Positions 1 to 10,485 of a stretch of 64,000 nt of DNA are shown here, piece by piece. Below the pieces are notes generated by a model. It made no database searches. It was not told the origin of the DNA and worked only from the letters and a program-made list of their open reading frames with translations. Position 1 is the first letter of the stretch; each line of letters opens with the position of its first letter. This DNA is from a virus, in IMG/VR virus record IMGVR_UViG_3300021599_001992, positions 22,066 to 86,065 of that record. The stretch is one strand, 5' to 3'. Position numbers and translations under genes: made by a program.

Positions 1-814
1 TAAAGTGGGTGATAATGTTTGGTTAGGTGATATTGGAATGACTGATACTTTAGTTGTTAAAGGTATTCAAGATTCGGGATCAGGTTATATCAAATTTGGT
101 TTAGCAAACACACATCAAAATCCATATATTGGACATGATTCAGGTGAAGATGCCAATGTGCTTTCTGTTAATGCCGACACCACCAAATTTTCAAATGCAA
201 TAATTGTTGGTGGGGGAGGACTAATCGCCGGCAATCCACAAATGTTACATGTAAACAGCTCAGGTAGTTTTAATATTGCTTATTTTGTTGGTGACACTGA
301 TACATATTCTCAAATAAATGTAAAAAATATAAATTCAGGCGGAGGTTCAAGTAGTGATATCGTCGCCACCGCGGATAATGGAACAGAAGATTTACATTAT
401 GTAAACATGGGTATCAATTCAAGTGGATTTGATACACCTTTTTCTGTTGGTTATCAGAATGATGCATATGTAATTAACAGAGGTAGAGATTTATATATTG
501 GTTCATTGGATGGTCCCGATCCCGACCACACACACGTTCACTTATTCTCATCAAATAGTTGGCAAAATCCACAGATTAATATTATAAGTGATGCAAGAAT
601 TGGATTTAATACGGGATCTGTTAGTTCAGGATTTACATATGAATTTAGTGGTAGTGTTAAATTAAAAAATGATTTAAGTGTTAATGGTAGTGCAACTTTG
701 AATAATAGTAATATAGTTTCATCAGACACTATATTAAAAATAGAAACAATAACATCATCATCATATACATCAATAACACCCGTTAGTGGAACATTATATA
801 TTATAATTGATTAA
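1..814 (+). CDS. Tail fibre/structural protein, C-terminal part (5'-truncated by window)
   Basis: Frame is open from the window start. Gly/Ser/Asn-rich beta-type sequence ending in TPVSGTLYIIID, a type of C-terminus seen in phage fibre proteins. Lies among adhesin-like genes. Confidence 0.55.
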   Translation, partial: KVGDNVWLGDIGMTDTLVVKGIQDSGSGYIKFGLANTHQNPYIGHDSGEDANVLSVNADTTKFSNAIIVGGGGLIAGNPQMLHVNSSGSFNIAYFVGDTDTYSQINVKNINSGGGSSSDIVATADNGTEDLHYVNMGINSSGFDTPFSVGYQNDAYVINRGRDLYIGSLDGPDPDHTHVHLFSSNSWQNPQINIISDARIGFNTGSVSSGFTYEFSGSVKLKNDLSVNGSATLNNSNIVSSDTILKIETITSSSYTSITPVSGTLYIIID

Positions 815-815
815 G

Positions 816-2024
816 ATGGGTTTATTTGAAAATATAGATAATATAATTCTTAATGGTAATAGTGCAAGTAAGGCTTTCTTAAACGGTAATGATGTTTGGG
901 GGATGATGACACCTACACCCACACCAACCGAAACTCCTACACCAACACCTACGGTAACACCAACCCCAACTCCATTAGATTCAACACAATTATTAATAAA
1001 TCCTCATTTCGATTTAGGAACAACAGGATGGTCTGCAACAGGAGGATTTGGGACATGGTCCTTTACTTCATCAAATCAAGTCGCCGTTTTAAATAGTGTC
1101 TTATATTTTACATATGTAAGTCGAACTGTTAGTCAATCTGTTAACGTTAGTAGTTACATTTCATCCTCAGATTCTTTTGAGGGTGTCCTTAATATTAAAC
1201 GTGAGGAAAATGGACCCAATAATAATGATACGTATACTTTTACTTTGTTATTTAAAAACTCAAGTGGGGCAACGGTTGCAACGAAAACAACAGGGTCAAA
1301 TGTTGCACCTCTAAATTACACAGATATAACGTTAACGTTAAATAGAAGTGAAATCCCATCAACATACGATACAATTACAACAGTTGATGTTCAGATTACA
1401 GGTGTAGATGCGGGATTTTGGAATGGAAATCATGGACCGTGGGTTGAATACGTAAATTTAAATGTAGTTAGTTATTTGGATTTAACACCAACTCCCACAC
1501 CTACGATGACACCTACTTCCACACCAACACCAACCGAAACACCAACACCAACACCAACACCAACCGAAACACCAACACCAACACCTACGGCAACGCCAAC
1601 AGGATATTCATTTAATTTAGTATCAACACCATATAATTTCCCTTCATCAGGAAATTCAATAATGAATGACCCAATAGGAAACGTATCGGGTTCTACTGAA
1701 ATAAATTTATTACAAACAACAGGTAGAGGGTTCTATTTTAATAAAATAGATAATGAAAGTGTTGATAGAATAAGTTACTATTCTGGATTTACAGGACATA
1801 GTGTAACAATAACATTGACTCAAAATAATAGTACTGTAATATATTCGGGTGATACAAATTCATTTAAGTTTTGGAGTCAAGGTGGGGTTGAGGGATTTGT
1901 ATTCGGAACGAACATAGGTGTTCCTCCAACACCATCACCGAGTGGTGTGGCAACTTTAATACAATCGGCACCAACACCTTGGGTTATTGGTGACCCTGTT
2001 TATGTGGGTTTACAAAATAATTAG
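816..2024 (+). CDS. Virion adhesin-like protein with (Thr-Pro)n linkers and a putative carbohydrate-binding (galactose-binding-like) domain
   Basis: ORF 807..2024, likely ATG at 816. Two TP tracts flank a domain starting LLINPHFDLGTTGWS, resembling the N-terminus of CBM jelly-roll domains. Confidence 0.55.
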   Translation: MGLFENIDNIILNGNSASKAFLNGNDVWGMMTPTPTPTETPTPTPTVTPTPTPLDSTQLLINPHFDLGTTGWSATGGFGTWSFTSSNQVAVLNSVLYFTYVSRTVSQSVNVSSYISSSDSFEGVLNIKREENGPNNNDTYTFTLLFKNSSGATVATKTTGSNVAPLNYTDITLTLNRSEIPSTYDTITTVDVQITGVDAGFWNGNHGPWVEYVNLNVVSYLDLTPTPTPTMTPTSTPTPTETPTPTPTPTETPTPTPTATPTGYSFNLVSTPYNFPSSGNSIMNDPIGNVSGSTEINLLQTTGRGFYFNKIDNESVDRISYYSGFTGHSVTITLTQNNSTVIYSGDTNSFKFWSQGGVEGFVFGTNIGVPPTPSPSGVATLIQSAPTPWVIGDPVYVGLQNN

Positions 2025-2032
2025 TATTTATA
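2025..2032 (+). promoter_or_regulatory. TATTTAT putative late promoter element (representative copy)
   Basis: Also at 3534, 10474, 12493, 15684, 17198, 18962, 29873, 38487, 40828, 48784, 54157, 61228 (+) and 7636, 10447, 12439 (-), each upstream of a same-strand gene. Confidence 0.7.
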
Positions 2033-2036
2033 AGAT

Positions 2037-2405
2037 ATGGAATTTTTTATTAGACAAGGGGCTTCAGACCCAATATTAAAAATGAGATTAATTGATGATG
2101 GTAAAAATGATAAATCATCATTTAATGACATGTTGGAAAATTCTGACATTACATTTGAAATGTTTGATGTTGAAAATGATGTGTACCATATATTAAATGG
2201 TCAATGTTTAATAACTACAAGAACAAAAAAATATGACCAAACAACTGACGAATATTATATAACATATAGATTTACAGAAGAAAACACAAAGATTAAAGGT
2301 AGATACGAAGGTATTGTTACAATACAATTTTTAGATGTAAATTCAAATCCAACAAACAAACTAATACTTCCAATAAAAGAAAAACTTTTTATTAACATAG
2401 TATAA
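2037..2405 (+). CDS. Small structural protein, BppU-N/Ig-like adaptor
   Basis: 122 aa; MEFFIRQG..PILKMRL...GRYEGIVTIQF...LILP pattern resembles the BppU N-terminal-like domain; preceded by TATTTATA. Confidence 0.45.
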   Translation: MEFFIRQGASDPILKMRLIDDGKNDKSSFNDMLENSDITFEMFDVENDVYHILNGQCLITTRTKKYDQTTDEYYITYRFTEENTKIKGRYEGIVTIQFLDVNSNPTNKLILPIKEKLFINIV

Positions 2406-3508
2406 TGCCAAAGAAAATTAAAAGTTTTGGAAGTACAAACAAAGTCATCACAACACAGAATACAAATTTTAGTATTGGTATAGACAGTTTAGATGATTAT
2501 GGTGAAACAAAAAACTCCGGATTTTGGATGGGTATTGATAACCCACCATGTGGATACACAATTTATGTTCATAGAAATATTGGAGGACCAACTATACATG
2601 TTGCACATGACGATACACAATGTATATTTTTTTTAAGATCTTTTGGATCGACAGGTACTACTATAAGTGAAGTTCTCGCTTGGTCAACAGGAAGAACCGA
2701 TTTGTGGGTAGATGGAACAGGATGTGGGGGTTCAACTCCTACTCCTACACCTACACCTACCGCAACTCCTACACCTACACCTACACCTACCGCACCACCA
2801 CCAGTTGCATCAGATCCGACTTTGGAAATATGGTATGATTTCTCAGATAGTGCGACTATTACCTTAGGTACGGGTACAGATATAAACTCTGTAAATGATA
2901 AATCAACTGGAACGGTAAAACCATCAAACTCTACTGGAGGTAAAAGACCAAAACAAGTTACTTCATATCAAAATGGTCTTAGTGTTGCATATTTTGATGG
3001 TGATAATGATCAATTTAGTGTTAACCCAATTACAAATTTCCAATCAATATCTGGTGCCACTATGATAGTTGTTGGTAAATTTAATACAACAGGTATAACA
3101 TATACAATGGTACAAGGAGGTCAAAATAACAACCAAAGAAATGCAAACTGGTTAGGTACAACGGGTGGAAAATACAGAATTGGTATGGGTCAAGGATTAT
3201 CAACAACAACCAATACAGTTGATACTAACTTCAATATATTTACTTGTGTTTATGACGGTTCACAAATAGGAAATAGTGATAGGTTGAAATTTAGAATTAA
3301 TGGAATAGACCAATCATTAACATTTAGTGTAAATGTAAGTGGCACAACTTCATCAGATACGAACTACATTTATATTGGAGAAACGGCAAATGGTGTTGAG
3401 GATTTAAATGGATACGTTGGTGAAGTGTTGTTATACACTAAGACATTAACTAATAGTGAAATAGTAAACACCGAAAATTATCTCAAAAATAAATGGGGGA
3501 TATCCTAA
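2405..3508 (+). CDS. Structural/adhesin protein with TP linker and C-terminal LamG/concanavalin A-like domain
   Basis: LEIWYDFSDSATI...FDGDND...LNGYVGEVLLYTKTLTNSEIVNTENYLKNKWG is a typical LamG-like signature. Confidence 0.75.
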   Translation: MPKKIKSFGSTNKVITTQNTNFSIGIDSLDDYGETKNSGFWMGIDNPPCGYTIYVHRNIGGPTIHVAHDDTQCIFFLRSFGSTGTTISEVLAWSTGRTDLWVDGTGCGGSTPTPTPTPTATPTPTPTPTAPPPVASDPTLEIWYDFSDSATITLGTGTDINSVNDKSTGTVKPSNSTGGKRPKQVTSYQNGLSVAYFDGDNDQFSVNPITNFQSISGATMIVVGKFNTTGITYTMVQGGQNNNQRNANWLGTTGGKYRIGMGQGLSTTTNTVDTNFNIFTCVYDGSQIGNSDRLKFRINGIDQSLTFSVNVSGTTSSDTNYIYIGETANGVEDLNGYVGEVLLYTKTLTNSEIVNTENYLKNKWGIS

Positions 3509-3555
3509 TTTTTTTTTACAAAAATTTTAATTATATTTATTAGTGTCAAGGCAAA

Positions 3556-3574
3556 TTGTGATTTAACATCACAA
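3556..3574 (+). promoter_or_regulatory. Inverted repeat in DNA polymerase leader (TTGTGAT-TTAAC-ATCACAA)
   Basis: Perfect 7-bp inverted repeat ending about 30 nt upstream of the polymerase ATG, bracketed by GCAAAT direct repeats. Confidence 0.45.
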
Positions 3575-3603
3575 GCAAATACGTCACATTAAAAATATAA
3601 ATA

Positions 3604-6501
3604 ATGAAAGAGGTTATTTCTCAGGAAATTATCGAAAATTTCCTAAACGGATCCGATCCGGAAGAATTCATAGTTGGTGTAGAATACGATTATCCAACAA
3701 ATACAATTTATAAAATTATACAAGATCCTGAAAAAGGAAAAAAAGTAATATCAGATAAATTCATTCCATTTTTATGGGTTGGTGATTTGTCTGGATTAAA
3801 TTTTTATAATAATTCCAAGGCAACTCAAAAAAGGGCCATGATGAAACATGGTATTCTAATTGAAAAATTGGAAACATATGGAAACGAAAGGTTAGAAAAT
3901 GGTTTAAAATATCTCGTAAAAAGCACAAAAAGTTATACCAATTTAACAAGTTTTTTTAGAGAGGGTGGTGTTGATCCGTGGAATGAAAATTTTAGACAAT
4001 ATTTTCAAGTATTGTCTCCTGTAGAACAATATCTAATAGATAAAAAGAAAAGATTATTCAAGGGTATTGAGAATTATTCAGATGTTTACAGATTCGTATT
4101 TGACATTGAGACTACAGGTCTTGAACCAGAAAAAAATAATATTATTCTTATTGGGGTTAAAGATAATCGTGGATTAAATGAAACAATCCCCGCATTTGGT
4201 CAAGACGGAGAAAAAAAATGTATTGAAAGATTCTTTCAATTAATAAGAGAAAGAAAACCCACAATTATAGGTGGATATAACTCGGCATTTTTCGATTGGC
4301 CCTTTATATTAAAACGTGCAGAAATATTGGGTGTTGATGTACAGGGTTTAACAGCAATCTTTACTCCTAAAGGTATTACGGAAAAAGAAGGTATGTTGAA
4401 ATTAGCAAATGAAGTTGAACCGTATACACAACATGTTATTTGGGGATTTAATATCATTGATATTGCGCACGCAGTTAGAAGAGCACAGGCGATTAATAGT
4501 GAAATTAAATCGTGGGGTTTGAAATATATCACAAAATATTTGGAGAAAGAAAAATCAAATCGTGTGTATGTTGACGGTGCATATATTTCAAAAATATATC
4601 TTGATAATGAGAGTTATTATGTGAATCCAAAAACAGGTAACTATAAAAAAATAGGTGAACCAGGCACAGAGAATTTATTAGAAAAATATCCCGGCAAATT
4701 TGAAATATGGCCAGGTAGAAAAATTGTTGAACAATATCTTGATGATGACTTGTATGAAACTATGATTGTTGACGATTCTTTTTCACAATCAACTTTCTTA
4801 CTTTCAAAACTTGTACCGACAACGTATGAAAGAATCGCAACAATGGGTACCGCAACGTTATGGAAAATAATCATGTTGGCTTGGTCCTATGAAAACAATT
4901 TGGCAATTCCAACTAAAGATGAGAAACGTGCAATCACAGGTGGATTATCAAGGTTATTAAATGTTGGTTATTCAAAGAATATTGTCAAGTTTGACTACGC
5001 GTCACTTTACCCATCTATTCAACTTGTTTATGATGTATTTCCTGAATGTGATGTGATGGGTGTTCAGAAATCAATGCTAAAATATTTCCGTAACATTCGT
5101 ATCAAATACAAAAGACTTGCGGGTGAACTTGCTAAAACAAATCCTGTTGAGGCTGAGATGTACGACCGTAAACAATTACCAATTAAGATTTTCATCAATG
5201 CATACTTTGGTTCACTTTCCGCACCACAAGTATTTCCGTGGGGTGATATGAATATGGGTGAAACAATTACATGTACCGGTAGACAATGTCTCCGTATGAT
5301 GATTATGTTTTTCATGAAGAAAGGATACAAACCACTTGTAATGGATACGGATGGTGTTAACTTTGAAACTCCTGATGACATTCAAAATACAATTTACATA
5401 GGTAAAGGTAATAATGAATTAGTGGAAGAAGGTAAGGAATATAAGGGTATTGAAGCAGATACCGCAGAATTCAATGATTTATTCATGAGAAACGAAATGG
5501 GTTTAGATATTGACTATATGGCACCCGCATGTATTAATGTTTCTCGTAAAAATTATATAATAAAACTAATAAAGAAAGGTAAGGAAAAAATTAAATTAAC
5601 AGGTAACACTATAAAATCTAAAAAACTACAACAATATATTGTGGAATTTTTAGATGAGGGTTTGAAACATCTATTAAATGGTGATGGTGCCTCATTTGTT
5701 GAATTATATTATGAATATGTAACTAAGATATTCAATAAGGAAATACCATTATCTAAGATTGCAAATAAGGCAAGAGTAAAACAATCTGTTGATGAATATA
5801 GAAAACACATTAAAAAAGTAACTAAGGCAGGTTCTTTAATGTCACGTCAGGCACATATGGAACTTGTTATGTTAAATGATTATCCTGCAGGTTTAGGTGA
5901 AACAATTTATTATGTAAATAATGGTCTTAAAAAATCATCGGGGGACGTTCAGAAAATTTCAAAACCAACAAAAAAACAACAGGAAGAATTTTTACAGAAA
6001 CATGGTCATCCCATGCCGTCAGATTACATTGAAATAAATTGTTATATGATTCCTGAAAAGGAAATTCAAAATAATCCTGAGATGACAGGGGAATATAATG
6101 TTGCGAGATATCTCTCCACATTTAACAAAAGAATAGAACCTTTATTGTGTGTTTTCAAACCTGAGATTAGAGAAGATATATTAATTGAAGATCCTAAAGA
6201 CAGACAATATTTTACAAAATCACAATGTGAACTTGTAAACGGTTATCCTTTGAAAGAAGGTGGACAAGATAACTTTGATGAGGTTATGACTTTATCTGAT
6301 AGTGAGGTACTTTTTTGGAACAGAGTGAATAGAGACCCTTTCTTTATGTATGTTGAAAATAGTTTGGAGTTAGTTGATCAATATTGGGTGGATCATAATA
6401 GGAAAGTAGTTTCACTACAGGCAAATAGTACTAAGAGTAATGAGGATGAAATAATTGAAACTAACGGAAATGACTTCGCGTATCACGCGGTGGAAAGTTA
6501 G
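3604..6501 (+). CDS. polB: Family B DNA polymerase with 3'-5' exonuclease
   Basis: ExoI FDIETTG, ExoII GYNSAFFDWPF, polymerase motifs DYASLYPS, KIFINAYFG, MDTDG. Confidence 0.96.
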   Translation: MKEVISQEIIENFLNGSDPEEFIVGVEYDYPTNTIYKIIQDPEKGKKVISDKFIPFLWVGDLSGLNFYNNSKATQKRAMMKHGILIEKLETYGNERLENGLKYLVKSTKSYTNLTSFFREGGVDPWNENFRQYFQVLSPVEQYLIDKKKRLFKGIENYSDVYRFVFDIETTGLEPEKNNIILIGVKDNRGLNETIPAFGQDGEKKCIERFFQLIRERKPTIIGGYNSAFFDWPFILKRAEILGVDVQGLTAIFTPKGITEKEGMLKLANEVEPYTQHVIWGFNIIDIAHAVRRAQAINSEIKSWGLKYITKYLEKEKSNRVYVDGAYISKIYLDNESYYVNPKTGNYKKIGEPGTENLLEKYPGKFEIWPGRKIVEQYLDDDLYETMIVDDSFSQSTFLLSKLVPTTYERIATMGTATLWKIIMLAWSYENNLAIPTKDEKRAITGGLSRLLNVGYSKNIVKFDYASLYPSIQLVYDVFPECDVMGVQKSMLKYFRNIRIKYKRLAGELAKTNPVEAEMYDRKQLPIKIFINAYFGSLSAPQVFPWGDMNMGETITCTGRQCLRMMIMFFMKKGYKPLVMDTDGVNFETPDDIQNTIYIGKGNNELVEEGKEYKGIEADTAEFNDLFMRNEMGLDIDYMAPACINVSRKNYIIKLIKKGKEKIKLTGNTIKSKKLQQYIVEFLDEGLKHLLNGDGASFVELYYEYVTKIFNKEIPLSKIANKARVKQSVDEYRKHIKKVTKAGSLMSRQAHMELVMLNDYPAGLGETIYYVNNGLKKSSGDVQKISKPTKKQQEEFLQKHGHPMPSDYIEINCYMIPEKEIQNNPEMTGEYNVARYLSTFNKRIEPLLCVFKPEIREDILIEDPKDRQYFTKSQCELVNGYPLKEGGQDNFDEVMTLSDSEVLFWNRVNRDPFFMYVENSLELVDQYWVDHNRKVVSLQANSTKSNEDEIIETNGNDFAYHAVES

Positions 6502-7616
6502 ATCACATTATATGGAGAAGGCATCGCTCTATACTTGAGAGCCTTGTTAAGATTTTCTGCTTCGTTTCCTTTTCTTTCAAGTATTTTTTCTGGACGAAGT
6601 CTTTCAAGTCTTGCCATTAATTCTTCAACTAATTTAGATCTTTCATCCTTAGCTTCGGTTAATAATGTACTGTAATCAAGTTTTACCGTACTATCAGGTA
6701 CTTGTAAATCACCAGAGAATTTACCCCATATTCTTGCCAATCCTTCTTTAGAATATGCTATCAAATATTTTCTAACCCAATTTTGTGCTGGTTTATTTAA
6801 ATCGTCCCAAGTTAATGGTTGGGTATCAACATCGGAAGGTAACTTTATAACATCTTTATTTTGATCTAAACAAGTGTCTCTATCAAAAGTATCATAGTAC
6901 CAATACCAAACTCTATAATTGTTATTTTTAATTGAGCCGAAATCAAATCTACCACCGGGAACATTCATTAAATGCACTATTTTAGTTCCATCAGGTCCTG
7001 CGGTAATTCTATATGTTAAATCACCACCAATCATTCTGTTTTTTATGTTTCTGTCCTGCATCCTAAGTAACAAGTCAAATGCGGGAAGAAGAAAATACGA
7101 ACCCGCAGATCCTGTTTGTGCAAAACCACCTACACCACCAAATCCGACACCTCCTAATCCACCAAATCCACCAAGAAATGGATCGACAATCGAGTCTGTT
7201 AATTCTGCTCTATTATACCATAATAATTCATTAAGTTCTCTTCCTGCTGGTATCGTATATGTCTGTACCCCCCTTTCTAAAGTTATATAATCCTTTTTTA
7301 ATTCCCACGGTCCATTCGCTTGTAATCCGACTATTTTAGAATAAGAATACGTGTATTGTGTTTCATAATCCAAACTTCTTGTTGTGAACGCTCTCGTAAG
7401 TGATTGGGTATCAACATCTAATCCCGCCAATGCCGACCATTGAGACTCAATAAGCCAATCACTAACATATTGTTCATATTCGGATAATGATAACTCTAAA
7501 AAAGTATCCATTTGTTCCTCAGTTAATTCAATACCCCTTACTGGCATACCTAATAAATGGAAAACCTGTGTAAAAAGTTTATCTTTTTGTTCGGGTGTTA
7601 TTATTGTTGTTGACAT
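6498..7616 (-). CDS. Neck/head-tail adaptor protein (T4 gp13-like)
   Basis: LGMPVRGIELTEEQ N-terminus and WVRKYLIAYSKEGLARIWGKF..VP...LDYSTLLTEA C-terminus resemble gp13-type neck proteins. Confidence 0.7.
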   Translation of the reverse strand: MSTTIITPEQKDKLFTQVFHLLGMPVRGIELTEEQMDTFLELSLSEYEQYVSDWLIESQWSALAGLDVDTQSLTRAFTTRSLDYETQYTYSYSKIVGLQANGPWELKKDYITLERGVQTYTIPAGRELNELLWYNRAELTDSIVDPFLGGFGGLGGVGFGGVGGFAQTGSAGSYFLLPAFDLLLRMQDRNIKNRMIGGDLTYRITAGPDGTKIVHLMNVPGGRFDFGSIKNNNYRVWYWYYDTFDRDTCLDQNKDVIKLPSDVDTQPLTWDDLNKPAQNWVRKYLIAYSKEGLARIWGKFSGDLQVPDSTVKLDYSTLLTEAKDERSKLVEELMARLERLRPEKILERKGNEAENLNKALKYRAMPSPYNVI

Positions 7617-7657
7617 AATTTTTTGTTATATTCTAATAAATAGTTAATATTTGCATT

Positions 7658-8710
7658 ATGGATATTCTAACATCAAACATAAGAAAGTACCGATATGACT
7701 ATTTTAAGGGTCTTTTATCTGGTGATTTTAAAAAATTATATAAAGAAAGGTGTAATAAAGTTTTCGAAAAAAAAGGTAAGGAATTAGGAATTTGGGGATT
7801 TTGGAAAAAAAATAAAATGTGGGGTATTCTAAATTATCAAAAACAAATACCTGTTTCTTGGTGTTGGAGAAATACTCCAAATACACATCCTTATTGTTTT
7901 CACGATTTTTATTATTTGTTTTATGATAGTACCGGTATAGAATTAGATTTTAATGACAAGAATAAGTGGGGAAAAAACTTAGATATTCTTTTTAGTTTTA
8001 TCGAAAAAAATTTTCAACTTTATTTTACAACCGATATTGATACAAAATATTTTTATCATTTTTGGTTTAGATGTAATCAATCGTGGACTTCAGGTCAAAT
8101 TACAATAATTGCCCTGATGTATAAAATCCGTAAAATATTTGATGAATTCAAAATAATAGATATGGATTTTGCCTTAGAAAGAGGAGATCCAAATGATTTT
8201 AAAGGAATTGATGTTATTTTAACAATAGAAACTAAAGACATATATAAGAATAGAGAAAAAATTAAAATACAAGTAAAAGGTGGGAGAGTAATAAGTTATA
8301 ATGAAGAGGGGTATTTGGTATCAGGTTCAGCTAATGATTTAAAAGCGGATGTTAATTATTGGTGCTATATTGACATAAAAGATAAAAAGACAGAAATTGT
8401 TTTATTTCAAAATATAAATCGATATATAGAACGTATTGGTTATAACATTTTATTTAAAAAAGAAATAATTCACCCAATAAAAATTGAAGAAAGTATTATG
8501 GTACCTGAAAAATTAGATGAGATTGCGAAATATTGTTATGATAAAAAAATATTAATTGAAATTGAACATTTACCACAAGGTGTAAATGAAGTTATATTAC
8601 AAAAAGATCCCGAAAAAATCATTAATATAAAAATTGCCGATTTTAAAGATAAAAATCTTATAATTCTATTAACGAATAAATTCGATGAATTAAAGAAGTT
8701 CTTTAATTAA
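7658..8710 (+). CDS. Hypothetical protein with putative PD-(D/E)xK nuclease motif
   Basis: DPNDFKGIDVIL...KIQVKG motif; very AT-rich; opposite orientation to both neighbours. Confidence 0.45.
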   Translation: MDILTSNIRKYRYDYFKGLLSGDFKKLYKERCNKVFEKKGKELGIWGFWKKNKMWGILNYQKQIPVSWCWRNTPNTHPYCFHDFYYLFYDSTGIELDFNDKNKWGKNLDILFSFIEKNFQLYFTTDIDTKYFYHFWFRCNQSWTSGQITIIALMYKIRKIFDEFKIIDMDFALERGDPNDFKGIDVILTIETKDIYKNREKIKIQVKGGRVISYNEEGYLVSGSANDLKADVNYWCYIDIKDKKTEIVLFQNINRYIERIGYNILFKKEIIHPIKIEESIMVPEKLDEIAKYCYDKKILIEIEHLPQGVNEVILQKDPEKIINIKIADFKDKNLIILLTNKFDELKKFFN

Positions 8711-10432
8711 ATCCTTACTAAAAGTTTCGGAATATTCACCATCACCCATAACTTGATCAATTATATTCTTTTTCTTTTGCAGAATATTATATATTATTTT
8801 TTCAATAGTATTTTCAAAAACAGGATAATATACAAGTACACTATTTTTTTGTCCGTATCTATATGCACGATCTTCCGCTTGACTATGATGTGCAGGAACA
8901 AATGACAAGTCATTCATAATCACAGTTTCGGCTGCAGTTAATGTTATCCCAACACCACCCGCAACAATATTTGATATGAATATTTTAATTTTATCTTCAT
9001 TTTGAAACCTGTCTACAGATTCTTGTCTTCTTTCTTTAGTCATACGACCATCAAGGACCACAGATTGTTTTTTATATTTCTCGTGTAACATATCTAAAGT
9101 CATCGTAAAATTTGTAAACACAATTACTTTTTTACCCTGTTCTAAACATCTATCAATTATTTCACATGTATAAGGAATTTTTTCATATGAAATTAATTGT
9201 CTTACTTTCATTAAACGATTTAATGTTACACTAATAGTATCTGTTTCCTTATTTTCTTTACTGATTCTTGTAAATTCTTCGAGTTCTTCATCATACATTT
9301 TAGAATTTAGTTCAACAAATATTGGAGTTATAATTTTTTCAGGTAAATCAAGAATATCTGTTTTCATTCTACGAAGTACAATATTTTTAGTTCTTTCTCT
9401 TAACTCATCCAAATTACTTGCACCGCTTGTGTTCCAAACTTTTCTATTACCAACTCTAAATTGAAATCCCTTACAATATCTTTTAACATATGTTTGCCAA
9501 TTAAGTGTTAAAGGTGAATCTACAATTTTAAGGAGATTAAAATAATTAATCGGTCTCGATGTCATTGGAGTACCTGTAAGTAACCATACTTTTGGTATTT
9601 GATCTAAAACATCATTTAGTAATCTTGTTCTATTTGCCGTAGTATTTGAAATATAGTGTGCCTCATCTACAATTGCCAAATCAAAACCTTCATTAACCAA
9701 TAATTTATAATCATCACTATCTTCACTTTTATCTGTTGTGTGATAATTCTTTAATATATCATAATTTATTATATAAAAATCAAAAGTGGATCCCCATTTA
9801 CGACCCTCTACAATTAATGTTCTTCTATCGGTATAATTTTCAATTTCTCTTTTCCAATTTATTTTTAATGATGCGGGACAGACAATTAATATTTTTTTTG
9901 CTCCACTTTCTAATGCACCGATAACAGCTGAAGTAGTTTTACCTAAACCCATATCATCCGCAAGAATAAATTTATCATTTGCTAATAATTTTTCAACTGC
10001 AGTTTTTTGATGATCCATGGGTGGTCTACTTCCATATTTAGAATAATCAATTACTCTATTTAATTTTTTTTCGGGTTGTACTACCGCCGCCTTCGGTAAC
10101 CAAAATGCATTATTTTGTTCAGAATCTATAATCTTACCCCATATGTGATACGCTTTTTCACTTTCACATAATAATTTTTCACACCATATTTTTGTTGGGG
10201 GTACAGGTAGTAATTTGTCTTCTTGAATTTTTTCTCCAAAAGTTGAGACTATCTCAATATATTTTCTTGCAATTTTAGGAACACTATCTTTATACTTTAA
10301 AACATATTCAGCTTGTGGACGAGTAAGTTTAAAATTTTTTTGATCAATAAATTTTCTTTTCCAATCTAATAGTTGATTATTGGAACCATCGTAATTTGAT
10401 AATAATTCTCTTGCCTCTATTTCAGGTATCAT
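8690..10432 (-). CDS. SNF2-family (SMARCAL1/HARP-like) helicase/ATPase
   Basis: LADDMGLGKT, DEAH, LLTGTP, GITLTAA, QAEDRAYRYGQ motifs. Likely start MIPEIEARE at 10432, not 10510. Confidence 0.93.
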   Translation of the reverse strand: MIPEIEARELLSNYDGSNNQLLDWKRKFIDQKNFKLTRPQAEYVLKYKDSVPKIARKYIEIVSTFGEKIQEDKLLPVPPTKIWCEKLLCESEKAYHIWGKIIDSEQNNAFWLPKAAVVQPEKKLNRVIDYSKYGSRPPMDHQKTAVEKLLANDKFILADDMGLGKTTSAVIGALESGAKKILIVCPASLKINWKREIENYTDRRTLIVEGRKWGSTFDFYIINYDILKNYHTTDKSEDSDDYKLLVNEGFDLAIVDEAHYISNTTANRTRLLNDVLDQIPKVWLLTGTPMTSRPINYFNLLKIVDSPLTLNWQTYVKRYCKGFQFRVGNRKVWNTSGASNLDELRERTKNIVLRRMKTDILDLPEKIITPIFVELNSKMYDEELEEFTRISKENKETDTISVTLNRLMKVRQLISYEKIPYTCEIIDRCLEQGKKVIVFTNFTMTLDMLHEKYKKQSVVLDGRMTKERRQESVDRFQNEDKIKIFISNIVAGGVGITLTAAETVIMNDLSFVPAHHSQAEDRAYRYGQKNSVLVYYPVFENTIEKIIYNILQKKKNIIDQVMGDGEYSETFSKDLIKELL

Positions 10433-10485
10433 ATATAAATTAAAATATAAATAATTAGAATCAAAGATTAAACTATTTATAAGGT

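Noticed and set aside
3557-3573. CRP site (TGTGA-N6-TCACA)
   Set aside because: The spacer is 7 nt, not 6; kept only as a generic inverted repeat.
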